From the NCBI RefSeq assembly GCF_006345805.1, contig NC_043006.1, positions 92,690,001-92,754,000 of the forward strand: a stretch of 64,000 bases of DNA, in the 5' to 3' direction. Made by a program: the position numbers and the translations under genes. Positions within the stretch are counted from its first letter, which is position 1. Each line of letters starts with the position of its first letter. The notes under the pieces are model-generated. The model worked only from the letters and a program-made list of their open reading frames with translations, searched no databases and was not told the DNA's origin. This DNA is from Octopus sinensis (taxonomy: Eukaryota). Shown in pieces: positions 26,064-39,437 of this stretch.

Positions 26064-28789
26064 AATCGTGTGCATAGGTATGGGTCTTTGTATGTATTGG
26101 CAGAACGTGCTTCAGTGTGAGTATCTCTAACTATATTCCTGTGTAATTTAGTACGTCTATGTATGTGGATGAGTACAATAGAAAGCCGTTAAAATCGGAA
26201 GAGCAGATATAAAATCTAGGCTACGTTGAAAAGATATTCTGCAATTAGGTAGACAGCAGCGGGAGAGAATAGTATGGGCATAATTTCAACAGACAACACT
26301 TGTGAATAGAATTTGGCAATAAAGGAAATAAAGTCTACAATTTAATAATGAGAATGGGATGGATTGATTATGCTTCTTGAATAACAATCAGCTAATATGA
26401 TAGAAACCTCGGGGAATTAAGTTAAAGAAGAAACTTCACTAATGGACTAAGAACTGAACACATTAGGCAAACTTTAGAATGTACGTTCAGAACGGAGAGA
26501 AAAAAAAAACGAAAGAAAGCACGTGAGAAATTTCGTCAATAATATTAATGATAAGGATCATATGCGCGGACATGGCGTCTACTATTTAGTTAACTACAGG
26601 GAAAATGAAACAACAGCTCATTTATCAACATCTGCAGAAGATATGTTGTATTTATTGCATAGAGAAAATACTGAGCCGAAACCAACCGTAAACAATAATC
26701 CATGGAGGCAGGCATAAAAGAATCTACAAAGATTATAGGAAAATATTTAGTTCTTTACTAATCTGATCGTCTATTCTGTATTAACAAAGAAAATAAAAAC
26801 ACTATACTTTGGTTGCCAAACACATTAGGAACCTGAAATATTAGACAAGAAAATTTGAACATCCTAGTTACCAAAATAAATATACGAGATGGATAGCATC
26901 AAGAAATTTTGCTGGATTTGCAGTACATTTTCAGATATAATGAAAAATAAAAATATAAAAATGCCCACTGGATTCATATACAGATTTCTCAATCTATGTA
27001 ACGATAGATGTGAGATAAAATTTCTTCCGATAAAAATCAGAATTTTATTTGACAGATACGATAAAGTGTATAATATATATTGTCACTTGGAATATATAAA
27101 GAAAACTTTATCTCAATATTGAGTAGAAAAATCATTGTCTGATTTTATCTATGAAGTGTTATTATTTATTTATGGCGCCAAATTCGATGAAAATACTCTC
27201 CTACAGATATCCACTCGTCAATTTATCTGTCTAGATCGGATCTTGTGTACTGCCAGCAAGTAAAATGAAATTGAATAATTTTAATCACTACCAAACAACA
27301 ACTAGTAGTACTCTTATAACAATAAAATACACTCATATTTTTTTTTACATATAGCATGAACTGAGGGACAGCCCTTTCATGAACTGTCATCCAGAAATCA
27401 CAAAAATTTCGAGAACATCCGGCAAAATTTGTTCTTAAGGACTTTGATGCCGTCAGGGAATATCCGGGTTCACACTCAATCCAACCTACTTTCCCATGTT
27501 ACAATCATTTCCCTTCTGGTGCAACAATAATCATTCTAACTAAGCAGCAACTGTTTTTGTTAGGCTTCTCGCAGAGAATGGTTCCTTTGCTTTCAGATTT
27601 CGATTTCTACATTAGGGTGGAGTGAAAATAAGAAATTGTGAAAACTCAGAATGCCTCAGGGCAAAAAAATGCTAGAAAAATGGTCAATTAAGTGCATTTT
27701 CTCCTTCAAGCCCCCATGAACTCCGAAAATACGGGATTTTTGTAAATCTTTTGCAATAGCGCTAAAACTATGGAATTTATGTTTATACGCACTCTATTCA
27801 GTATTATTTATTTTTCAATATGAAAAAACAATGATGAAGGTTTCATGAAAATCCGTTTATTTGTCCGGAAGTTTTTTTATCAATGAAAGTTATTTCCACG
27901 AAGATTAAGTGTCTAAAGTCTATGTTTCAAAAAGAAACTTCACTTAATAGACATTCAGAAATGTTTATATTTTCTATTTGTCCCCCTCTCTTGTCCTTCT
28001 TACTCTTTTTTTCTCTCCCACCCTTTCCTTATTCTTCTACTCTCCTCTTCCCCGTTCCCTCCTTCTCTCTCTCTCTCTCACACACACACACACTCTTCCT
28101 CCTTGATTCTCTCGTTTGTCACACGTGACCAACGGCTATCTATCTTTCTTCCTTCCACTTCCTTCCTGAAGACAAGACACACTTTTGCCTGTCTCCTGTC
28201 AAAGCTCCTTTCTCCAGCGTTCACCATTTCACATCGTCTTGGTTTAACAGCCCTCACGGTTTGTTTTTACTGCTTTGTTCTTACTCTCCGGTTTTTGTTA
28301 CCACTTTATCCCTCCGCAAAAAATTCCAAATTTTATTTAATTTGCTTTGTGGGAAGCACAATTTTAAGACGTCGCTCTTGTCCCTACCTTAGAAACGCGG
28401 AGTAGATAAAACAGAGGACAGCTGATGAAGGAAATGTTCTTTATGTTGCATGTCTCGTTTCTCTATTTGTTTCTTTCGTTGTTCGAAAAAACATTTTCGT
28501 TTTCTGTTTTATATGTTCTCGTTTCTCTTTTTGTTCACATTATTTTACGTCCTGCATGTATATATACATATATATGTAGGAATGTACATATATGTATGTA
28601 TATATGCATATATTTATATATTATTCATATGTATATCACTACAACTTTTCGCAAGTCTATATTCCAAAAAATAGCTTCCCAGAACTCACCACAAAGAGTT
28701 AGATGCAGAGCAAGTTCCACCCTCCCACCCACCTTCATGATCTCATTACAGTACATTACATGTTAAGCTACCTTTTAGTATCATATCCT

Positions 28790-29545
28790 TTTAATGGCAC
28801 AAATATAGCCGTCCCTATTGGCCTCTCCACAAACTATAAACTACTGCTCTCTCAACACTTTGAGAGTGGCAAGGAAACTTTTCAAAATCTATTTTAGGAA
28901 TACTTTGATCTTCCAGAAGACATTGTATTTTCATTTTCGACGAGTCTTAGTAAACGCGGGTCAGATGTGTGGCATTTTCGCCATAACATGAGCAAGGACA
29001 CTTTTCAAAATCTATTTTAGGAATACTTTGATCTTCCAGAAGACATTGTATTTTCATTTTCGACGAGTCTTAGTAAACGCGGGTCAGATGTGTGGCATTT
29101 TCGCCATAACATGAGCTCCGTGTACTCTCTGGCCGAAAAGTTTATTTGCGGGATTTGAATTTTTTTAATGGAGCGTTCATGTTGTATTGAATGTCGAAAC
29201 GAATGGATCCTTCTTATTGCGAGTTCACAGATGTGACCCCGATCCTCACAACCTGCTCAAAAAAAAGTTCTCTGGGTGGGCGAAAATCCCCTTTCTTTGG
29301 ATGAAATTATGAATAATTCTTTGATATTGATTTGGAAGAATTCTTGAAAGCTTAATCATTTGAAATAATTGCAGAGATCCAAAGTTGCATGATGGTGTGC
29401 CTTTGATTTGAAACCAAACTCGAGTTTACACTAGCATCACCAACGTTGCCAAAGATAAAAGCCCACCAGAAGGAGAAATGTTTGTAAGATATAATCGAAG
29501 GATTCCAATGGCAGTTGTTAGCCATCCGGAATGAGAGACTGGTTC
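28790..29545 (-). mobile_element. hAT-superfamily (hATx/hATm-like) transposase relic with internal 123-bp tandem duplication
   Basis: Minus strand HSGWLTTAIGILRLYL..VWFQIK..IQRKGIFAHPEN..FEKFPCHSQSVERAV..VCGEANRDGYI resembles the HxRWLT / FAHPEN / PCHTQAVER pattern. A possible terminus TAGGGTGG lies at 27613. Confidence 0.75.
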
Positions 29546-29554
29546 ACAGACGTT

Positions 29555-29735
29555 CATCTTAGTGAAGCTTCGCTGGATTGCTTCAAGGTCCGCTGTTAAT
29601 TTTACACCGTTGGGTAACCATAGCTAAGAGCAGTAATTCAGGCGGCTGAGGACGAATATACTCCAGAGGAGCATCATGGTTCTGAATGTTCTCAGGATCC
29701 ATTCAGCCAGTCGTCTGCACTTTGTCGCCATTCTG
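29555..29735 (-). mobile_element. CR1/Jockey-group LINE RT C-terminal fragment
   Basis: CRRLAEWILRTFRT..VLSRLNYCS*LW..DLEAIQRSFTK matches the post-RT LxYCSxxWxP..LExIQRRFTK motif. Confidence 0.75.
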
Positions 29736-30049
29736 GTAATACACACACAGACACACACATAAAAATAAAGAGAAGGAGAAAGACCAAGAGAGAGAGAGAG
29801 CGAGAGAGGACTCAGTGTATATGAAATGCAAAAAAAGAAATAAATAAAAAAACAATAATTCGTTTCAGATTTGCGAAAATTGAAAATAGGAGAGCTATTA
29901 TATAAAAGATAATCAAATATACTTATTAGATATTTCGAATTGCAATATATGTCGAAAGTACACACACACACATACACACACACACACTCACACACACACA
30001 CACACACCACACTCGCACTCGCACGCCTGGATGCATGTATGTATTTTTC

Positions 30050-30312
30050 TATCTACCTACCTATTTATATACCTATCTACCTACCTATCAATATATCTAT
30101 CTACCTACCTATCTATGTATCTATTTACCTACCTATCTGTATATCTATCCACCTACCTATCTGTATATATATTTACCTACCTATCAATGTATCTATCTAT
30201 ATACCTATCTATATATCTATCTACCTACCTGTCTATACATCTACCTACCTAACTACCTACCTACCTATCTGCCTATCCATCCATCCATCCATCTATCTCT
30301 ATCTATCCATCC
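30050..30312. repeat. Degenerate (CTAC/CTAT)n tetranucleotide tract
   Basis: Direct; gives the YLPI/STYL pseudo-ORFs. Confidence 0.9.
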
Positions 30313-30604
30313 ATAATGACTGCAAGAGGAAATGCGCCAAACAATTGATGTTTCATGAATCAGAACTTGAATAATAAAGATACGGATTTGAAATTAAATG
30401 AAATTCTTGAAAACTATAGAAATCGATATAAGTAATTAGTATTGAAGTATGAAGTTGTTTCAAAGACTGTTTAAGTGCTTGTATCTGGGTATCTGTTTTA
30501 AGTAATTAAAACCTATTAGTAAACACCTAAATTAATTGCGATTACGAGTCGGCTTCAAATATGTTTTTGTTAGTATTCATTTTATACATACATACATATA
30601 TATA

Positions 30605-30644
<40 letters not shown>

Positions 30645-30693
30645 ATATGTGTGTGTGTGCAAAAACATATGTATGTGTGTATACACACACACA

Positions 30694-30756
<63 letters not shown>

Positions 30757-30845
30757 ATATATATTATATAAATATGTTATGTATGTATATATATATATGT
30801 ATGTATATATATATATATGTATGTATATATATATATATATATATG

Positions 30846-30889
<44 letters not shown>

Positions 30890-30923
30890 GCAAGATTTTT
30901 TATGTGAAGTCGTGTGTTGAAAC

Positions 30924-30966
<43 letters not shown>

Positions 30967-31171
30967 TGGAGGAACGTTTGAAAAAACAGTTGAACGTCAC
31001 ACAATCTCATGTTCTGTGTTTAGTGTTCTAAATATTTTGTGCTGATGCAAGTACCAAAAAATTGTCAGCAGCAGACATCTTCGATACATAAATGTATGTA
31101 CAGGTGTGTGTATATACGTATCTCTCAATTTACATATATATGTATATATACACATGTATATATTTATGTGC

Positions 31172-31269
<98 letters not shown>

Positions 31270-31630
31270 GTTGTAATATATATGTATGTACACAAAAAAA
31301 TATGTGCATGCACACGGATACATTTACACTGACGCGCACACACACTCACACACAAAAACACGCAAGTATACATGATAGTGAAAAGTAGCTTTTAATGTAT
31401 CAGAAAATTATTTATTGATATCTTGTGAAACAATATCAAACTTTAAATGCTGAAAAATAATAAAGAAAAAGAAGACGTTTAGATTTGCGTTTCTATAGAA
31501 ATAGAAGATATTAGCATTTCCATGAAAAATAAATACAAAAGTTGTCATACTTGTGCACAAAATCATTATATTCCTGCATAGAAATACAATACCTGACTTA
31601 CAACTTTACATCTTCTTTTTATTTTTATTG

Positions 31631-31840
31631 TGGTGCTGAGCTGGGAGAATTGTTATCGCGCTGGACGAATTGCTAAGCGGTATTTCGCCCCTCGATACGT
31701 TCTGAGTTCAAATTCCGCGATGGTCGACTTTTACATTTCATCCTTTCAGGGTCGATAAATTAAGTACCAGTTGAGTACTGGGGTTGATATAATCGACTAA
31801 CACCCTCTCAAACGTCAAGGCTTGTGCCTATAAAAGAAAG
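31631..31840 (+). mobile_element. SINE family B
   Basis: GAGCTGGGAGAATTGTTA..TTCTGAGTTCAAATTCCG..GTCGACTTT..CATCCTTTCAGGGTCGATAAATTAAGTACC. Confidence 0.8.
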
Positions 31841-31861
31841 GATTATTATTATTACTGCTAT

Positions 31862-34790
31862 TATTTCATTGTCTTTGCACAGCTTTATCTCTCGAGATGT
31901 AAAACTCTTCATTACCAGCATCCGGAGTATTCGAGCGGTTACAAGCAGTGCTGTTTCCTGCAAGTGCGCCAACCTTATTGCATCCCCTATTTGTTCCATG
32001 TACTTCTCAAGATTTTAACCGACTGTTCCCAGGGCTCCAACAATTGTTGTTACAACCACCTTTTTCAGCGACCACAACTGCATAAGTGCCCAAGCCAACC
32101 TGTTATATCTATCGATCTTTCTTTCTTCCTAATCAAATATCTTGTTTTCAGCTGGGCATGCTATATCTACGATCCAGCATAGTTTGCTTTCTTTCTCAAT
32201 TAAGTCCATGTCTGGTTTCCTATTCTCTATCTCATGTTCGCACTGAATCATCAAATCTCATAGGATCTTGTCATGACGTCTCTTATATTCTTTCTGAGCT
32301 AGTGGTGTACATTGTCTGGTAATATGCCATACGGTTTCACCATTTTCTCCACAGATTCTACACTTATCACTTTCTGATGTATTGTCTATTCTGTATTTGA
32401 TTTAATTCGTTCTTAATTCTTGCTCGTAGGCAGCACATACTAGAGCTTCTGTTTCCGATTTTAAATCACTTTTAGTCATCCATGGCAATCTTTTTCCTCT
32501 GTCCATCTTATCTTCAACATCCCTATGAAATTGTCCGTGCATTTTTTCTTTACCCACCTATTTTCACTTTCATTCATTCTCATGTGCTTGTACAGTGATT
32601 TATCTTTGCAATCTTCCATCCTACACGAGCCTGACCAGTGGTTCTGTGACTTTTTTTACATACCATACTATGTTGTTGTTTTTTTATTCTACTCTAATGC
32701 TGTGTTTGCTTCCAATACGTCGTCTTCTCTTTTTCTTGATGCATAGTGTCTGCCTGCATCACTTTTTGGGTGGAGTATCCCAAATATAGCCAGCAACTTT
32801 GTCTTTCTGTCTAAGCTGTTTAGTTCGTTTGCTCTCAATGCGATTGCCCCTGCGCCATATCTAATCAGTGAAACTGCCCAGGTGTTGATAGCTTCAATCT
32901 CATTCCGTCTGTTTAATTTCGACTTAAGGACCACTCTCTGTCTGCGCAAGTACTCCACCTTAAATTTTTTTGCAATTTCTTTCTCCATCAATTTATCCAT
33001 CTGCAATATCCCCAAGAACTTATAGCCCGTTTCTTCTGTCTACTTCAGATCTTCCCCGACGGTATCGCTAGCCCGTCCATACATTTGATTTTGCCTCTCG
33101 TCGAGACTAACACACCACACCTTTTCAGTGCAAACTCCATTCTGATGTCATCACTGAAAGTAAACACCGTATCAACGAGGGAACTGACTTGGGATTCATC
33201 TTTACAATAAAGTTTGAGGTCATCTATGAATAACAAGTGGTTGCCTTTTTATTGGCGGCACTTGAATAGATACCCAGCCTTTACTTTCCTCAGAATCAGT
33301 GTTAGTGGTATCATGCACAGTACAAAGATCAGTGGGGACAGGCATTATCCTTGGAAAATGCCGCTCTTGATTTCTCTTGTTCCTAAACTTCTTCCATATG
33401 TACTCATTTACATCCTGCACTTCGCCATACTTTTTCTTAGCAATCGCTTAACATTCGAAGCAATATCAAACAGGTTCATACATTCCACAATCCACGAATG
33501 TGGGTTCATATCGTACGCCTTACATTATAGCAGGACTCCACTGTTTCCAGATGTCCGTACGTTGACTCTGCGACTATTCCAGTCAATGATTTTCACATAA
33601 GTGGCAGGCAGGATATTGTCCTGCCATTGTCTACCGTATTGTTTTTTCGATGTTTTTCAAGCACAGTACTGCCCTACCCGTGCTCAACCAGTCTGGTGTT
33701 ACTTGGGCGGTATTTAACAAGGCGGCGAGCTTGCAGAAACGTTAGCATGCCGGACGAAATGCGTAGCCGTATTTCGTCTGCCGTTACGTTCTGAGTTCAA
33801 ATTCCGCCGAGGTCGACTTTGCCTTTCATCCTTCCGGGATCGATAAATTAAGTACCAGTTACGCATTTGGGGTCGATATAATCGACTTAATCCGTCTTTC
33901 TGTCCTTGTTTGTCCCCTCTATGTTTAGCTCCTTGTGGGCAATAAAGAAATAGGTATTTAACAAGGTGTTGAGTTGTGCTGTTATTCGTGCATGGCATTC
34001 ATCAAATCTTTTGATCAGTAGCCTTGAAATTCATTAATCCCGGGGCTCTCCTCTTGCCCATTTATTTTTTTTCCCTAACTGAAATGACTAATTCCGTCTG
34101 TTTTGGACATACTACTGTTTGTTTCATTTCTTGAAGCCATTCAGCATCCTTCTTGTGCTCCATGTCTTTGCTCCAGATGTCACTCCAAAACCTTTGACTT
34201 TCACTGTTATCTGGTATCAACTTTTTATCTGTATACTTTATAGAATCTCTTCTGATCTACTCTGAATAACCTATTTTGGTGGTACCAGAATAGGTTATTC
34301 AGAGTATTTCACCATATTTGCTTTCTTTGCAACGAGGCGCTGTTTCAGTTCTTCCACTACCATTTCAGGTCCTTTCTTCTAATATCATACTTCCTATTGA
34401 GTGCCCTGTGTTTTTGTTCGCTTTTAAGCTCCCCTATCTCTTTTCGGTCGAACAGAGAATGTCGTTTCAGAGCATATCTAACCCCGCCTGTATTCTTCTG
34501 TTCCCCCCATGTGATCGGTCTGTAAAAGACAAAACTCCTTGAAATCACAAAATACAGAAGGCTTCCTTAAAATATCCCTACGTGTGCAAAATAGTAATGA
34601 ATGACCATATTTGGTTATAGTTTTGCACGTCATGTTTGTCTTTTTACGAAACAAGCAACACTGTCAAGTTCCTTCCAGCAACGTGACAGTGTTCTGGGCC
34701 TGTAACTCGTGTTTCAAGATGATCAACTTCCTGTTGATGTTCTGTACGAGACTAGTGTTCTTGTGTTGCCGCTGGTTCAGAGTCATTCTG
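31862..34790 (-). mobile_element. R4/Dong-clade non-LTR retrotransposon (RT + CCHC + restriction-like endonuclease), decayed
   Basis: Minus strand EELKQRLVAK..QNRLFRVDQKRFY..HLLFIDDLKLY..IRMEFALKRC..EYLRRQRVVLKSKLN..AINTWAVSLIRYGAG..DKCRICG..KEYKRRHD..IVDIACP..IVGALGTV..LQETALLVTARILR. The 3' end runs into (TAA)n. The 5' extent beyond ~34520 is uncertain. Confidence 0.9.
33721..33952 (+). mobile_element. SINE family B, full length, nested in the Dong-type RT, with 14-bp TSD
   Basis: GGCGGCGAGCTTGCAGAAACGTTAGC..GAGTTCAAATTCCGCCGAGGTCGACTTTGCCTTTCATCC; GGTATTTAACAAGG at 33709-33722 and 33953-33966. Confidence 0.9.
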
Positions 34791-34796
34791 ACAGAC

Positions 34797-35160
34797 ACAG
34801 CGTGGCTGTGTGGTAAGAAGTTTTCTTCCCGACCACAGAGTTCTGTTTTCAGTCCTACTACGTGGAACCTTGAGCAAGAGTTTTCCTCCTCGGGCCTTGA
34901 GAATAGATTTCGTAGATGGAAACCGAATGAAGGCTGTCATATATATATACATGTATGTATATCTATGTGTATGTGTTTTGTCTGTGTTAGTTTCCTACCA
35001 CCAACAACACTGGTAACTTAGCGGTTCGGCAAAAGAAACCCATATACTAAATATCAGGCTTAAAATATAAGTACAGGATCGAGTCATTCGACTAAGAATT
35101 CAAGGCCTTGCTCCAGCATGGCCTTCGTATACTTAGTGAGGCATGTAAACGATAAAAAAT
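34797..35160 (+). mobile_element. SINE family A
   Basis: CGTGGCTGTGTGGTAAGAAG..CCTTGAGCAAG..GTAACTTAGCGGTTCGGCAAAAGA..GCTCCAGCATGGCC. Confidence 0.8.
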
Positions 35161-35384
35161 AACACAAGTGTGAGCTGAGGCATCCATATCGAAACTGTTA
35201 AAGGGATCTACGTTCCTTGTTCCGTGGAGTTAGTTTCTCTCGACAGAGATGTTTCTTGACTATAGTGGTCCGGTCATATTGCAAATTAGAATGTTCAGTT
35301 GCTTCTAAGTGTGAATGTTTGTAGATATGGGAACAGCTTCTGGAAAAATCTCAGCTACCATTTCTAGTTGGTAAGATTACAGAG

Positions 35385-35520
35385 TTAAAATTCTACCGAG
35401 GTCGACTTTGCCTTTCATTCTTTCGGGATCCGATAACATAAGTACGAGCTGATCACTAGGATCGATGTAATCAGTTTACCTCCTCCACAAAATTGCTGGC
35501 CTTATGCCAGAATTTGAAAC
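35385..35520 (+). mobile_element. SINE family B fragment
   Basis: CCGAGGTCGACTTTGCCTTTCATTCTTTCGGGATCCGATAA. Confidence 0.7.
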
Positions 35521-36365
35521 CCAAATTAGAGAATGATGAAAGTAACCATTATGGCCATGAAATTATGAGCATTTACTGCACCATCGATAAGCAGGTCCAA
35601 GTTGTGTAAACCCACTGCATCGCTGGAGTTCTTGAGCCGCTTAATATTGTGGAGCTAATAAGGATTCTGTTACATTCTACTCCAGCGCTGCAATCACTGA
35701 TAACCGTAACATACGTCCCCCTCTTTTCCACCTTCTTAACATCAATCCAACACCTGCTAAATCAAAATTACCTGTCAGGTTCTCTTCAATCAGATGATAT
35801 GGCGATTAAATTTCCCTTCATTTCTTAGAACCTCAAGTTTTCGTTGGTATGGAGGTAGCCGCTTTCTTGCATCTGTAAGATGTCGATCTCGTATCTAATT
35901 AATCTGCATAACTGCAGATAAGGGTGAAAACCCAATCTTATTCTTGATGATGACTTACAGCGTCAATCAAATAAACACCCGTTGTTAACTATTTCATAGA
36001 TATAACGAACTGTGAGGACGATATTTTGATACAATAAGATTATAATGTGGTAACCGATAAGACGTTAAGATGAGTGTTAGAGTGAGATTGCAACACAATT
36101 CAAGTATTAGTAATCTTAATTATTCAAATTATTTGATGAATCCTATCTGTAGGATCTCATAAGACTAGCTAAATAAACGTGAGGATAACTGAAGGTTTGA
36201 TGATCGAATATTCCGAAATTGTTGTCTGTCGTTTCTTTTTATACTAGCACAACAAAGATAATTTATACAAGTTGATAAATCGAATTTTATAAACATAACG
36301 GGTAATTATTCTATTAACCCTTTAGAAAGAGACGGATTTTCAATTCTGCTATGATGATAATAATT

Positions 36366-36400
<35 letters not shown>

Positions 36401-36425
36401 AATAATAATAATAATAACAATAATA

Positions 36426-37409
36426 GATCGCGATAGATTCTTCAAGGACAACAATATGTTAAAAAATAACAAAAAAACTTTTTACAGGAAGAAATGGAAA
36501 ATACTAGTTACAGTAAAGTATCTCCCCCTGAAAAGAAAAAGTGCAGGAATTTTGGAATAAAATCTGGACAGAAGAAAAAACACAATAAAAAAGTCCCTTG
36601 GGTTGATAGGATATCTACTGATTTAGACTGCTCAGAAGGGCAACAGTGAGAGGGTATCAAGGAAGAGGATGTAAGATCTGCTATCAGGAATTCAAGCAAG
36701 TAGAAATCTCCAGGAAAGGATAAAACTCTTAACTTCTGGTTGAATTCCTTTCCAGAGAGCCATGAACTGTTAACAAAACTTTACAACAATGTTTTTTCAA
36801 CAACCTTATATGATTCCCTCTTGACTTCTCAATGGCAAATACCCAAAGATAGCTAATAATGCCGATGCTGACAAAGCCCTCACACATCAATGCTTAGTGT
36901 CTTCTTAGTGAGGCTTTATCATGGCAGTCCAAAATCAATGCCTACCTACAAGGAACGATCATGCTGTCGCCATGTTCAGTCTTGCGCCTACAGAGTATCT
37001 CAACAGGCATGATGAAACAGCACAATATATTCACTGGGTAATTTGTAAAAACCTGGACCTGCTCATGATAAAAACTGGTGGGAACACAAACCATCTCCGG
37101 TGCTTGAAAATGATCACATCTCACTCTTGGAACTTCACCGTTCAAACTGACAGAAAGATAGATGCGTATAGGCCAGGCATTATATTGAAGGACTTCAGAG
37201 AAAAATTATGCCTCCTCAGTGATATGATTCTCCCAATCGACATAAATGTATCTGTGAAGACCAACCAAAAACTGAGCAAGTATAAAGATCTTGAAATAGA
37301 AATTGGCAAGACAAACAATACCTGTTGTATTTGAACTTCTAACTTATCTCTTGAGGTCTCTGGGTGAGACGTGGAGTCAAATTCTACAAATACAAACCAA
37401 AAGTCAAGC

Positions 37410-37410
<1 letters not shown>
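36426..37410 (+). mobile_element. Internally deleted R4/Dong-clade element between (ATG/ATA)n and (TAA)n tracts
   Basis: RFFKDNNMLKNNKKTFYR..FWNKIW..KSPGKDKTLNFWL..MAVQNQCLPTRN..EYLNRHD..WNFTVQTDRKIDAYRPGIIL..KLSKYKDLEIEI; the RT core is missing. Confidence 0.85.

Positions 37411-37412
<2 letters not shown>

Positions 37413-37472
<60 letters not shown>
37413..37472. repeat. (TAA)n microsatellite (Dong tail/target)
   Basis: Perfect run directly after the Dong-type 3' UTR. Confidence 0.95.
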
Positions 37473-39138
37473 GCAAATATTCTGATCCATACCACAGATT
37501 TGCTTGTCAGTTGTTTGACCGTAACCAGTTGAGCATGTCCCTTAGTGGCTGACAATATGTGCATCTCTGATCATGAGCAAAAGTAGTGGGGGAGCATCAG
37601 AGCTGTGTGTTGAAAGGATTTCTTAGAGGTTTGGATAATTCACCTTTGGAAATATGGGTCGTTCGTTCAACATCCGCAAACAATCCTTATTCAGGGACCT
37701 TTTGAGTGGGATGGGCTACTCGACGAAAAGAAAATTCTAACTGGGCCCTACGAGCAAGGTCATGCGCTGTTTATCTTGATATGAGATCACCATGTTGCGC
37801 ACATATAGTTGTGATGCATGTGCCTGCTGTAGCCTTATCAGACGGGTAGTCACGATGGGTATACTAGGCTTCGTATATTTTACCCTTGTGTTACTTTGAT
37901 GGTATGCAAGAGATGGATAATAATAATAATAATTATTATTATTATTTTAATAATAGAAATAGAGAAACGAAGGTGCATTATAGCATATAGACTAACAAAA
38001 TAGAAGAAACTCTATCAGTATTACACGACTGGATATTTACTGACGTGTCGAGAATTTCTGCCACAGCATCCCCTTCGTAAGCTTTCCGAAAATGATACTT
38101 CTTTCTACACAACTCCCGTACATTCCAATAGCATTGTTAACAGAAGTGTTAATATGCTACAAATAGAAACAGAAAACGGTTGTCATATATCTGGACTCAC
38201 AAACAGATTTATTCATCACCCAGATTCATCGAATATGGCTTCACAAATCATATATCTAGAACATAACTGACAAATGACATATAAAGTATCACTACACATT
38301 AGCTGTTAGTATGTGTTAAATGATACAACGGCTGATACTGCATTATATTGGCTACTTTCCTTTACGAAAACTTCTTGAAACTATTGAGAGAATCCTGAAT
38401 GAATAACCAGACACTTTATATTGATCAATTGACATATTCTCACCTCTCAATTACCAGTGACATAATTTTCTATTATGCTGTCAGCTTAAGATTTTATCAA
38501 ACTTTTCTCCCGCTATTAGGTATTTAGTTTCTTTTCTCTATTGTGATACGTCAATGAACTAAAAATAGTCAGGATATCAGCTCTATAATAAGCGTCTTGG
38601 ATTATTGTCCACTTAACAACATCATTACCAAGTCACATTTATTGGCAAATTTCTCATTGGTTGTTCCATTTTGAGTTGTATAAATTTTCGTATACCTACC
38701 GGAGCAACTGGAGCCATCACCAACTTCCTATGATCGACCAAAAATAGCGGCGAAATTACTATGAAATCATATGATAATAGCATTCAAAGGGAGGATACCT
38801 ACTGCTACTGGAACTATGTCATCATGCCTGAAAGACGGATGTACGATTCTGGTACCTGGAATGCCCAAACAAGGATGGTTTGAAACTAAATAAAATTCAG
38901 GTAGCCATCTGATAACTTATGGGCCATAAATCATAATCAAAGAACAGGTGTAGCATACAGAGCTTTATAAGACAATACCGGAAATCTGTGTCCCGCAATA
39001 AATGTAATATATGGATTGCATAATGCTTCAACAAGTCTTTTGTAACTATTTTGATATTTTGCTGAAGCTCATATAGTGTAAAGCTTTGAATAAGCACCCG
39101 ATTCTGCTTATTCTTATTTTTTTTACATACATTTATAT

Positions 39139-39437
39139 CACCGTGACCGACCAGGCCGTCAGATGTTGCTACACATCGCTGGTCACAATGCTCTTCGCAT
39201 TGTTTTAGTCTTCAAGTGACGCCACCCCGCTGGCTAACCGAGCAGGCCAGCAGAAGAAAGAGTGAGAGAAAGTTGTAGCGAAAGAGTACAGCAGGGATCG
39301 CCATCACCCCCTGCCGGAGCATCGTGGAGCTTTAGGTGTTTTCGCTCAATAAACACTCACAACGCCCAGTCTGGGAATCGAAACCGTGATCCTACGACCG
39401 CGAGTCCGCTGTTTTAACCACTGGGCCATTGCGCCTC
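39139..39437 (-). mobile_element. SINE family C head with alternative tail; 10-bp TSD
   Basis: Reverse complement GAGGCGCAATGGCCCAGTGGTTAAAACAGCGGACTCGCGG..GGTTTCGATTCCC; ACATTTATAT at 39129-39138 and 39438-39447. Confidence 0.85.

Noticed and set aside
26100-27130. A-rich, possibly decayed LINE coding sequence
   Set aside because: I could not recover any diagnostic motif.
28869-29116. CRISPR-like repeat
   Set aside because: Just two adjacent 123-bp copies with no spacers, in eukaryotic DNA.
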